From a virus (Duplodnaviria; Caudoviricetes): a stretch of 46,806 bases of DNA. Numbering within the stretch: the stretch's first letter is position 1; each line of letters opens with the position of its first letter. The position numbers and the translations under genes are program-made. Of the stretch, positions 1 through 7,670 are shown in pieces. The notes under the pieces are model-generated. The model was not told where the DNA came from. It searched no databases and saw nothing but the letters and a program-made list of their open reading frames with translations. The DNA lies in IMG/VR virus record IMGVR_UViG_3300032287_002815, positions 1 to 46,806 of that record; one strand, written 5' to 3'.

Positions 1-123
1 GAAGGAGCGCGATGATTTCGCCGCCAAGGTCACTGAACTCGAACGCGCCAAGTCTGAAGGCACTCGCAAGGAAGTCGAAGAAGCCACCAAGGCCCTGAAG
101 GCTGAGATGGATTCGATCCGCAA
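1..123. repeat. Terminal direct repeat, copy 1 (circular assembly overlap)
   Basis: Bases 1-123 are identical to 46684-46806, and a reading frame runs through the junction. Confidence 0.97.
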
Positions 124-907
124 AAACGCCGAGGAACTGGACACTGAAGTCCGGTATCTCAACTACACGCGATCCGGCGAGTACAAGCAGAAGTACGAAG
201 CGCCGCTGCGTGAAGCGTGGCAGACTGCCCTTGGAGACATCGACGGTATCCGCGTCACTGATGAAGACGGCACCGAGCGCGATGCCAATCATCAAGACAT
301 CATGACTCTCTTGAACGTGCCGGTAGCCAAGGCTGCTATCATTGCCCAGGAGACGTTTGGGCCAGCTGCGCCCGAGATGATGGCTCACCGCCGGAAGATC
401 CTCGAACTCACTCAGTCTCGAGACAAGTCCATCGCCGAGTGGAAAGAGAAGGGCGCCCAACGCGAGGTCGAGAAGTCCAAGCTCGTTGAGACCCGCCAGT
501 CCCGATCACGCGAGTTGTTTGAGTCGCAGTTTGCCGACTACGAGAAGACCCACGCTCAGCTGTTCGGCCGAGAGGAAGGTGATGAAGATGGAAACCGCCT
601 GCTGGATGAAAGCGACCGCTTGATCAAAATCGCTCTGAAGGGCGAAGGCGTCGATGCCGACATGGGCTACGACGACAAGGTGGACCTAATCACCAAGGCT
701 CAGGCTCAAGTGGCGCTGCGAGCACGGGCCTACGGGCGCGAGCGCCTGCGGGTAATACGGCTCCAGCAGAAGGTGGCCGAACTCGAGAAGAAGGTTGGCA
801 AGGTGCGGTCGTCTGAACCCGGCCAAGGTGAAGGCACTTCGACCGCTACCCGGGTGGCACCGAAGAACGCGGAGGACGCGATCGACGAACTTCCGTCAGC
901 GTACTAA
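1..907 (+). CDS. Capsid scaffolding-like protein, 3' part (joined gene 46337..46683 + 1..907, ~417 aa)
   Basis: The 107..907 ORF is in frame with ATG 46337 across the circular junction. The protein is acidic and coiled-coil with a Pro/Ala linker, and lies two genes downstream of the portal. Confidence 0.7.
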   Translation, partial: KERDDFAAKVTELERAKSEGTRKEVEEATKALKAEMDSIRKNAEELDTEVRYLNYTRSGEYKQKYEAPLREAWQTALGDIDGIRVTDEDGTERDANHQDIMTLLNVPVAKAAIIAQETFGPAAPEMMAHRRKILELTQSRDKSIAEWKEKGAQREVEKSKLVETRQSRSRELFESQFADYEKTHAQLFGREEGDEDGNRLLDESDRLIKIALKGEGVDADMGYDDKVDLITKAQAQVALRARAYGRERLRVIRLQQKVAELEKKVGKVRSSEPGQGEGTSTATRVAPKNAEDAIDELPSAY

Positions 908-1056
908 CGGGCAGCCTTGCGCCTACCAGCAGCGGCTCGGCGTTGGAACTCTTCCGCGCCGAGCTTTTTTCTGCCGATGAATGCCGCGAGAGCGCGAGGA
1001 TCGTCCGCACCTTGATTCTTCAGCTTGCGGACCAGTTTGGCGTATTTGGTTTGCAT
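904..1056 (-). CDS. Small basic hypothetical protein (50 aa, MQTKYAKLVRKL...)
   Basis: ATG at 1056 just after the upstream stop; K/R-rich; its stop overlaps the convergent scaffold stop. Confidence 0.65.
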   Translation of the reverse strand: MQTKYAKLVRKLKNQGADDPRALAAFIGRKKLGAEEFQRRAAAGRRKAAR

Positions 1057-1060
1057 AGAG

Positions 1061-1309
1061 TCACTTCCAGGATCGGCAACTCCAGTACTTGGCTGACAGC
1101 TTCGTTCCCGGGGAATCGCAGCCATGTCGAGCATTGAAGCTCTTCCGATTTTTCGCGATGTGCTTCTTAATCGGCATCTTTGGATCACCGAAGCGCACCA
1201 AGCGCACCTTGCCATCTTCCTTGGCCAGCACGGCAGACTTCTTGGACGCACCCGGCGTAGCCTTGGGCTTGTTGTAGCCGGCGAACTTCTGGCCTCGGTA
1301 GGTGATCAT
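1061..1309 (-). CDS. Conserved basic phage protein (VRFGDP...RKSFNARHGC...KYWSCRSW; DUF6321-like)
   Basis: ATGA-coupled start at 1309; motif recalled from uncultured aquatic phages. Confidence 0.7.
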   Translation of the reverse strand: MITYRGQKFAGYNKPKATPGASKKSAVLAKEDGKVRLVRFGDPKMPIKKHIAKNRKSFNARHGCDSPGTKLSAKYWSCRSWK

Positions 1310-1527
1310 TTGGTCTTGGGCAGAGCGTACCACCCAGCTGGAATCTTCACAGTCGAAGGACCGACCAGCTTACCGTCGCGGTCAAACGCGTAAACGCTGG
1401 CCCGCGTCGGCTCTGCTAGCATCACCGGGTCACCGCTTGGGACCAGGACCACCTTCGTCCGGCAGCCCAGGCAAATCGGCAATACGAGCAGCCAAATCGT
1501 TCTTGAGAGGTTTGGGAGCATTTCCAT
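1306..1527 (-). CDS. Lipoprotein, putative o-spanin
   Basis: Hydrophobic signal (IWLLVLPI) plus lipobox-like CLG-C; overlaps the upstream ORF in another frame; downstream of holin-like genes. Exact start uncertain. Confidence 0.55.
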   Translation of the reverse strand: MEMLPNLSRTIWLLVLPICLGCRTKVVLVPSGDPVMLAEPTRASVYAFDRDGKLVGPSTVKIPAGWYALPKTK

Positions 1528-1600
1528 CTTCAACTGTTGGTGCAGGCGTTTCCCGGAGCCAATCCAGGAACGCCTTCACCAGTTGGTAGATCCAGTTCAC
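1430..1600 (-). CDS. Putative i-spanin-like protein (56 aa, MNWIYQLVKAFLDWLRE...), not in ORF track
   Basis: Manually translated from GTG 1600 to TGA 1430; amphipathic/hydrophobic N-terminus; the lipoprotein gene starts inside it, as in Rz/Rz1. Confidence 0.5.
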   Translation of the reverse strand: MNWIYQLVKAFLDWLRETPAPTVEDGNAPKPLKNDLAARIADLPGLPDEGGPGPKR

Positions 1601-1611
1601 TGGTTAGCCAC

Positions 1612-1806
1612 TCACGCAGCTGGAGCAGCAGGGGGAGCCGGAGGAGTCTTGCGATTCTTCCAGACAGACCATGCAACGCCCAAGACCGTGATAAAAGCGC
1701 CGGCAAGCTCGTTAGCTTGATCAACGGTCACGAGGCCCTTGGCGACCAGGAAACCGCCACCGAACGAGAGTCCGTGGCGGACGATAGACTTGATTGAATC
1801 GTTCAT
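1612..1806 (-). CDS. Putative holin (Pam3-gp28-like), 64 aa
   Basis: Two hydrophobic segments, IVRHGLSFGGG motif, basic C-terminus. Confidence 0.7.
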   Translation of the reverse strand: MNDSIKSIVRHGLSFGGGFLVAKGLVTVDQANELAGAFITVLGVAWSVWKNRKTPPAPPAAPAA

Positions 1807-2009
1807 TTCAGGGTCATCCTACCAATAAGTTGTGCCAGCACAACCAAAACCCCGAGGCCACCAAACAGCTTCCATTGGAACTGCTTGAGGCCTTCGAGGG
1901 TGGCTTTGATTCCGTGGATGTCGGAGACCATCCCGGCGTCTTTATCACCGATGATGGTCTCCAGTCTCACGATACGTACATCAAGGTTGTGAAGGTTCTC
2001 CTCCGGCAT
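1803..2009 (-). CDS. Coiled-coil plus C-terminal TM protein (XhlA-like/holin-associated), 68 aa
   Basis: LDVRIVRLE coiled coil followed by the TM helix LFGGLGVLVVLAQLIG; ATG 2009. Confidence 0.6.
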   Translation of the reverse strand: MPEENLHNLDVRIVRLETIIGDKDAGMVSDIHGIKATLEGLKQFQWKLFGGLGVLVVLAQLIGRMTLK

Positions 2010-2184
2010 TGGTGGGGGCTGGTTGGGATTTCTTGAACTCTTCATCCTGTCGAATGAGTTCGCTAATCACAGTCACAGCAGTGCGGGCGACCTGAAAGTC
2101 ACCCTGGCGCCTGGCGACCTCAAGGGCAGCGATCAAGGCGTTGGCGGATGCGGGGTCGAGGTTGAGCGTCAGTGTTTGAAGCAT
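1981..2184 (-). CDS. Small helical protein downstream of the tail fibre (possible chaperone), 67 aa
   Basis: ATG 2184 (MLQTLTLNLD...) just after the upstream stop; function inferred from position only. Confidence 0.55.
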   Translation of the reverse strand: MLQTLTLNLDPASANALIAALEVARRQGDFQVARTAVTVISELIRQDEEFKKSQPAPTNAGGEPSQP

Positions 2185-2192
2185 GGTAGTTA

Positions 2193-2708
2193 TCAGTTCA
2201 CCGGTTCGGAAGTGTCCGGCGCAGGAGGCTCGATCACGACCGGGGACTCTGTCAAGCTGTCGCTTGACGCGGGTTCGCTGACAACCAGTTCTGGCACCGC
2301 TTGCTCGATCAGCGGCGGGACGATTTCGACGACCGGAGCGGGCGGCACGTAGTCGGACACCGTTCCAGTGGCAGAACCCCACGGGAGTGGGAGGTTCTCG
2401 GGGCTTTGTGGAGGGTTGATCTGAGCAGCGATGTCGCCATCCAAGGCAGCCATGATTGAAACAACCCCGCTTTGACCCAGAGCGTTTTGAACCCAACCCA
2501 CAACAATGTCGTTGGTCAGTTCATCGTAAGGTATAAACGGAGCTTCAGGATCAAGCGGTGTGGGCTGAATGACCTGAATGCTTGCGGTATGACCCTGACC
2601 GTCGTCAGCAACGACAGTGCAGTAGGCCGTGGTGACCACATCGGTTTGACCGTCGAAGACGGGATACCCGGTGAGGTTGGTGACGGTCCAAGTGTAGGTG
2701 TTTGGCAT
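2193..2708 (-). CDS. Tail-fibre-associated protein (DUF7936-like) with Pro-rich C-terminal tail
   Basis: MPNTYTWTV...FIPYDELTNDIVVGWVQNALG motif, typical of genes following phage tail fibres. Confidence 0.65.
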   Translation of the reverse strand: MPNTYTWTVTNLTGYPVFDGQTDVVTTAYCTVVADDGQGHTASIQVIQPTPLDPEAPFIPYDELTNDIVVGWVQNALGQSGVVSIMAALDGDIAAQINPPQSPENLPLPWGSATGTVSDYVPPAPVVEIVPPLIEQAVPELVVSEPASSDSLTESPVVIEPPAPDTSEPVN

Positions 2709-2709
2709 A

Positions 2710-4812
2710 TTAGTTTCCGTAGACGGGGATCTTGACGAAAGAAGCGTTCAAGTAGATGCGGATGAAACCAAGTGCAGCAGCAGGAAGTGCGACAGCACCA
2801 GCAGATGCAGTGTTGTAGTATGTGGTAGCACCGCCGTTGGTAGCAACAAATTGACCCGAAGAGCCGATTGAAAGCTCATTGCTTACGTTAGATGCAGACA
2901 CTCTACAAGCAACACCAAGTCCAATATTGTTTGTACCAGTACCTACATTTGAAAGCGAATCAGCACCTAAAGCAGTATTGTTTGACCCACTTGCATTTAA
3001 CAAAGAGTTAAATCCAATCGCAGTGCTGTTGCTTGTAGCGCCACCATTATACAATGCACTGACGCCCATAACGGTGTTGTTTCCTCCACCTGTTCCAGCA
3101 CCAATAGCTTGGAATCCAACCGCAGTGTTTGAGTTGCCGGTGATAAGTGCGTTAAGGGCAGTGCGGCCAACAGCAGTGTTTTGAAGTGCTGTAGTCGAAT
3201 TAGCAAGCGCAACAACACCAACCGCAACATTGTCGGAAACTGTACACTTTTCAAGCGCACCTTGACCAATAGCTACATTGTAGTTTCCAGTCTGATTGAG
3301 ATTTAATGCATTAAATCCTATGGCAACATTTGAAACGGAACTGGTTAACGCATTGCCAGCACTCCGACCAATGATGACGTTGTCAGCGCCAGAGGTCAAA
3401 GCTCGGAACGTACTTCGACCAATTCCGATGTTGTCGTCGCCTGTAATAGCACCAGAAGTGGATTCACCCGATGAAAGTCCTACAAATATATTATAGTCTC
3501 CAGCGGTTAGCGTCTGTCCGGCAGCAGCACCAATAGCTACATTGTACGTTCCAATCGTCGCAGTATTAAGAGACAGACGTCCAATGGCGACGTTATCTGT
3601 GCCAGACGACAGATATCGGAACGTATCAAAACCAATTCCGATATTGTCTCCACCAGAAATGTTGTTTGCAGAATACATCGCTGAAGTTCCAATCGCAATG
3701 TTTCTTGAGGCGGTGCAGGTTGTCGCATCATTTCCAAGTGTGGAATTTCCAATAGCTACGTTTGATGCACCCGTGGTGACGGCTCTTCCAGCAGCGAGGC
3801 CAAGAGATGCGTTGTATGCACCAGTTGTCACTAGGGTTTGTGCAAGTCGGCCAATAGCGACGTTGTCTGCTCCAGACGACAGGGCGCGTAGCGTATCCCG
3901 ACCAACGCCGATGTTGTCTCCACCGGAAATGATTTGCCCAGAAAACAACGCACTGCTGCCAACCGCGATGTTGTTGGAACCAGTGTGCAGAACGCCGCCA
4001 CCGGAGGTGGACATCGTGCTAATGCCAATGGCGACGTTGGTGGAGCCAGTGGTTACACCTGATCCTGCGGCATTTCCAATAAATGCATTGCTTCCTGCCG
4101 TAGTCAAACTGATACCAGCAGAAGTACCGACACAAACATTGTTTGCTCCTGTACTTAGAGTGCGGAGAGTCTCCGCTCCAACTCCAATGTTATTTGATCC
4201 AGAAATAACACCGCTTGAGCTTCCAGAGTTGCTTCCAACGCAAATGTTATTAGATCCGGTGATTACACCTGTAGCTTTGTAAAGCGCATTGACACCAACA
4301 GATACGTTGTAAGTTCCAGATGAAATGCCACCTCCAGAACCCGCCCCGAGAGCGGTGTTTCCAGCAGCACCAGCAGTCGTTGCTGCAAGAGAGGAACTTC
4401 CAACAGCCGTGCTGCTGCCGTCATTGACTAACCCACGCCAGATATCGACGTTGGTTCCGACCGTCAGCTTGTCGGTGGTCTTGTTGTACGTCAGACCAGC
4501 ATCACCCGCCAACACGCCGCCATCGTTGAAGATCACCTGCGTGTTCGCACCTGCGCCACCCGGGGCCGGCGGGGAAAACACGAACTTCATCATCTGGTTC
4601 ACCAGGATCGACTCGATGTCGGTCGGAGTCTGGCGAACGATCTCGTAAAACTCGTCCCACAGCTGTTGCGTGGTCAGGTTCGGGTTGAGCGGCGTGCCGA
4701 CGTTTGCGTTGGCAAGAACGGCGGTCAGCGTGGCGCGGATCTCAGAGACAGTCTTGAGGTTCAGCACCTGCTGAGCATCAGTCAGTAGGGTTTGAATTGC
4801 GGGGGTAGCCAT
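2710..4812 (-). CDS. Tail fibre/adhesin with YadA-head-like (Hep/Hag) NxAxG repeats, 700 aa
   Basis: Dozens of ~14-aa repeats (GSNNIAVG, GADNVAIG); QVIFNDGGVLAGD linker; C-terminal KIPVY motif. Confidence 0.8.
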   Translation of the reverse strand: MATPAIQTLLTDAQQVLNLKTVSEIRATLTAVLANANVGTPLNPNLTTQQLWDEFYEIVRQTPTDIESILVNQMMKFVFSPPAPGGAGANTQVIFNDGGVLAGDAGLTYNKTTDKLTVGTNVDIWRGLVNDGSSTAVGSSSLAATTAGAAGNTALGAGSGGGISSGTYNVSVGVNALYKATGVITGSNNICVGSNSGSSSGVISGSNNIGVGAETLRTLSTGANNVCVGTSAGISLTTAGSNAFIGNAAGSGVTTGSTNVAIGISTMSTSGGGVLHTGSNNIAVGSSALFSGQIISGGDNIGVGRDTLRALSSGADNVAIGRLAQTLVTTGAYNASLGLAAGRAVTTGASNVAIGNSTLGNDATTCTASRNIAIGTSAMYSANNISGGDNIGIGFDTFRYLSSGTDNVAIGRLSLNTATIGTYNVAIGAAAGQTLTAGDYNIFVGLSSGESTSGAITGDDNIGIGRSTFRALTSGADNVIIGRSAGNALTSSVSNVAIGFNALNLNQTGNYNVAIGQGALEKCTVSDNVAVGVVALANSTTALQNTAVGRTALNALITGNSNTAVGFQAIGAGTGGGNNTVMGVSALYNGGATSNSTAIGFNSLLNASGSNNTALGADSLSNVGTGTNNIGLGVACRVSASNVSNELSIGSSGQFVATNGGATTYYNTASAGAVALPAAALGFIRIYLNASFVKIPVYGN

Positions 4813-4815
4813 AGG

Positions 4816-5220
4816 TCAGACAAATTCAGCGAACGTGTAGGAGGGGTTTAAGGCGACAGGAGCGACGCTTATCGCACCGGTATAGCCTTCAAAAATCAAT
4901 GAAGATCCAGGAGTTCCAGCGGTAGCAGCGCTTTGCAAGATATAATGGTAGTCAGAGGCGGTGCATCCGGTGCCAAACTTTACGTGCAGGTGTTCAGCTT
5001 TCTGGTTTTGAATCACAAACCGACGGCGACCTGGATTCGCAGCAGCTGTCGCAGTGATGGTCAGCAAACCGCCTGTACTGGTCGTGGTTCGAGCAGCATC
5101 AATGGTGGCCGCCTGGATCTGCTGAAGTAACGACAGCAGCATCGTCTGCTGCAAGCCAGGCTCCATGCAGTCGAAGCACCCGCCGGTAGAGGCGAGTTCT
5201 TGGGGAGTTAAGACTGGCAT
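4816..5220 (-). CDS. Putative virion structural/decoration protein, 134 aa
   Basis: ATG 5220; C-terminal beta-rich domain (ANPGRRRFVIQNQ...LHVKFG...YTGAIS); between capsid and fibre genes. Confidence 0.6.
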   Translation of the reverse strand: MPVLTPQELASTGGCFDCMEPGLQQTMLLSLLQQIQAATIDAARTTTSTGGLLTITATAAANPGRRRFVIQNQKAEHLHVKFGTGCTASDYHYILQSAATAGTPGSSLIFEGYTGAISVAPVALNPSYTFAEFV

Positions 5221-5221
5221 A

Positions 5222-5485
5222 TCAGGCTTCCTCCTCCATGTTGTCCATCTCGTTCTCGGCAGCGTCTTCCTCCATGTCCTGCTTCCCGGATTCACCCAGG
5301 GTGACGCCGTCGAACGCGACAATCTCAACCGTGCCGTTCGGGGTCATACGCCAATCGACCATGGCAGAGCCGGATTCGCCCTCGAGCTTCATTCCCTCGG
5401 GGGGCATGAACTCAACGGTTTCAACCTCGGCGCCCATGCGATTCATGGCGTCCATCTTCCGCTTCCGCATCATTTTGCCGTACAT
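5222..5485 (-). CDS. Small acidic, Met-rich hypothetical protein, 87 aa
   Basis: ATG 5485 preceded by AAGGAAAGGA; follows the capsid gene. Confidence 0.65.
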   Translation of the reverse strand: MYGKMMRKRKMDAMNRMGAEVETVEFMPPEGMKLEGESGSAMVDWRMTPNGTVEIVAFDGVTLGESGKQDMEEDAAENEMDNMEEEA

Positions 5486-5552
5486 CGTAAAATCCTTTCC
5501 TTGGTGAGAGGCTGCCAGCATCCCGGACGCTCCGGGCGGCTGCCAGCACCTC

Positions 5553-5582
5553 AAAAGGGGACCCTCCCGAAGGAGAGTCCCC
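5553..5582 (-). terminator. Intrinsic terminator after the major capsid gene
   Basis: Minus strand GGGGACTCTCC-TTCG-GGAGGGTCCCC-TTTT, 13 nt after the stop. Confidence 0.85.
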
Positions 5583-5595
5583 GTTGATTGATTGG

Positions 5596-7209
5596 TTAGA
5601 TCGAGAACTCCAACGTGACGTTGGTGCAAGGCACAACTTCGGTGGTCGTACCGAACGCGCTGCTAGCCAGCTGGATGACGTTGCCAGAGACAACGCTCCA
5701 AGTACCAGAAGCGGCGCCGAACTCGGCATCCCAGACAGTCTGCAACGAGGAAACGAGCGCAGCCACAGTGGCTTCACTGATACCAGCGTTTGTGACGATG
5801 TTGTCGTTGCACATGATGGCAGTCGTTCCGAGAACGAAGTTACCGGCGTCATTGGCAACCGCCGTAAACTGCAAGGTCGGATTGCAGACGGCGTTCGTGG
5901 AGTTGTAGTCCTGGGCAGGATCGCCCGGATCAGCAGCGCAGCCAGCGATAATCACAGGGCAGGCGCCATTGACCTTGTGGAAGATCGCTTCAAGCCATTC
6001 CGGATGCTCAGGCTTCACGGCCAACTGGAAGTCAGCGATGAACTTGCCCTTGTTTCCACGGCTGTTGTCGATCGGTCGGCCGGAGCAGTCCGCGCCCAAG
6101 TCGTTGGTCGCGAACTTCCAACGCCCACCGTAATCCCGAACCATGAACGGCATATTCGGGTTCACGGCCTCGGGGCGGAACGGCAACACACGCAGAGCGC
6201 GAGGGTTGTTGATGTAGCTGATCTGGTACTGAGCCCGATCGTAATCACCGTTGAATTCAGAACGGATGCCTTCGCTCGCAGCCACGTTCTTGTACGGCAG
6301 GACCAAGGTGTAGTTGCCAGCAGTCGCCGTCGCGTTGAAGCGCAACGGGAACTGGAGCACCTTCACCATGAAGTCGCCGACGAAGCCCATGAAGCCGAAC
6401 TTGTAGAACTCCTTGGCAGCGGGAGCGAACTCACCGAAGCGCCAGGAGTCAGTCAGCTGGCTGTTGGACTTGGCGAGGTAACGGAATGTTTCCTTGTCGG
6501 TGTGCAGCTGGAGGCTGTCGTAACCTTCCTTGCCGGCCTGGATAGCACCCAGGAAGTACTGGCGGGTCACGCGACTACGGAGAATGTCCGGAGTCAACAA
6601 GCCCAAGCTAGCAGCCGTAACAGCCGCGCTGGCGCTGTCGAGAACGCGCAGGGTGGTGTAACCAGTGCCAACCCAGGAGAACGAAATCGCCGGGAGACCC
6701 GCCTTACAAGCAAAAGCGCCGCCGCTGATGCCGGTAGCGGTGTAACCAGACAATTCCATCGCCTTGCGCTGGAGGTAGTAGGTGGTGATCCAGTTCGTCG
6801 CAGGGCGAAGAACGTCGTCGATGATCTGACGGAAGTGCTCCTTGGCCTTCGTCTTCGTCATGATCTGGTCGAAGCACAGAATGTCCGAGCCCCACGCCTG
6901 CTTTTCAAGCGAGTAGTTGCTACGGGTGTAGCCCCAACCGATCTTGTTTTCAGACGGGTCACACGGTTGACCAACGCAACTGTCGCCAGTTGAGGTTTCC
7001 CATGCGCCAGTCACGTTCGGGAACACGCTGTTGAAGCGGTCGAAACGATGGGTGGTGCCGGAGTACGCGTCGAACGATCCGGTGTTGTAGTATCCGATCA
7101 ATCCGTCAAACGGACGGACATCTTTGAGAACTTCCTTGTCATACACAGGTTCCTGCGAGACGAGGAAGGAAGCGAACTGCTTACAGCTGATTACATTTCC
7201 TGTTGCCAT
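5596..7209 (-). CDS. Major capsid protein with a C-terminal extension, 537 aa
   Basis: Size, biased codon usage, own promoter and terminator; F(Q)LAVKPEHPE ending resembles podophage capsid proteins. Not confirmed by search. Confidence 0.75.
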   Translation of the reverse strand: MATGNVISCKQFASFLVSQEPVYDKEVLKDVRPFDGLIGYYNTGSFDAYSGTTHRFDRFNSVFPNVTGAWETSTGDSCVGQPCDPSENKIGWGYTRSNYSLEKQAWGSDILCFDQIMTKTKAKEHFRQIIDDVLRPATNWITTYYLQRKAMELSGYTATGISGGAFACKAGLPAISFSWVGTGYTTLRVLDSASAAVTAASLGLLTPDILRSRVTRQYFLGAIQAGKEGYDSLQLHTDKETFRYLAKSNSQLTDSWRFGEFAPAAKEFYKFGFMGFVGDFMVKVLQFPLRFNATATAGNYTLVLPYKNVAASEGIRSEFNGDYDRAQYQISYINNPRALRVLPFRPEAVNPNMPFMVRDYGGRWKFATNDLGADCSGRPIDNSRGNKGKFIADFQLAVKPEHPEWLEAIFHKVNGACPVIIAGCAADPGDPAQDYNSTNAVCNPTLQFTAVANDAGNFVLGTTAIMCNDNIVTNAGISEATVAALVSSLQTVWDAEFGAASGTWSVVSGNVIQLASSAFGTTTEVVPCTNVTLEFSI

Positions 7210-7407
7210 ATTGGCTCTCCTGCCCCGGGGTTTTCTTCACCTACCCCTCCGAGACAACGAGGCAGATTGCAGGTCTGTTAAGACCATCAATCCAACCTCG
7301 GTGGCGAGCCCGAGCCGTGGAACCGGCGAATGCCCTTCGGCACTCTTGGCCAACTGGATTAACGCGCCCAGTTCGCGCTCGGTTGACGAAACCAAGCTAT
7401 GCGTCGT
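7210..7407 (-). ncRNA. Structured 5' leader of the capsid mRNA (candidate cis-regulatory RNA)
   Basis: About 200 nt non-coding between promoter and ATG, with several hairpins (AACTGG/CCAGTT, TGCC-GAAG-GGCA, GGTCT-TAAC-AGACC). Confidence 0.45.
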
Positions 7408-7413
7408 GGCGGA

Positions 7414-7442
7414 ATCCTGCTAGCGCGACTTCCGAGTGTCAA
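7414..7442 (-). promoter_or_regulatory. Sigma70-type promoter for the capsid operon
   Basis: TTGACA (7442-7437), 17-bp spacer, CAGGAT (7419-7414). Confidence 0.65.
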
Positions 7443-7611
7443 CGGGTTTCTTGATCACCTCTGGAAGATCGTCTTCGCCCCGCAGGACATGATCCTCAAT
7501 CGCGATGATCAACACCGCCGTCTTCGTGCGCCGGGATCGAATCGCCTCATCTTCCAGCATCTGGGCGACCTCAATCGGCAGCCGGTAGCTCACTCGAATT
7601 GTGTTACTCAT
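7420..7611 (-). CDS. Ribbon-helix-helix (Arc/CopG-like) regulator, 63 aa
   Basis: IRVSYRLP beta strand followed by two helices (EVAQMLEDEA...TKTAVLIIAIEDHV). Confidence 0.7.
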   Translation of the reverse strand: MSNTIRVSYRLPIEVAQMLEDEAIRSRRTKTAVLIIAIEDHVLRGEDDLPEVIKKPVDTRKSR

Positions 7612-7670
7612 GCCGGCGAGTGTGCAGCTTGTGCTTGACACGTCAAGCCGCAGAACGCAGCCTACGGCTC
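7612..7670. promoter_or_regulatory. Divergent promoter pair (RHH gene and helicase) sharing a palindrome
   Basis: GCTTGAC-AC-GTCAAGC (7633-7648) holds TTGACA on + and TTGACG on -; on +, 17-bp spacer then CAGCCT, then ATG 7671. Confidence 0.6.

Noticed and set aside
2710-4812. Diversity-generating retroelement acting on the tail fibre
   Set aside because: No reverse transcriptase and no template/variable repeat pair differing at adenines was seen.
5584-6993. Long + strand ORF of 469 aa (also 43615..44754, 14757..15665, 3542..4282 and similar)
   Set aside because: Antisense shadows of real genes caused by codon bias; no motifs or start signals.
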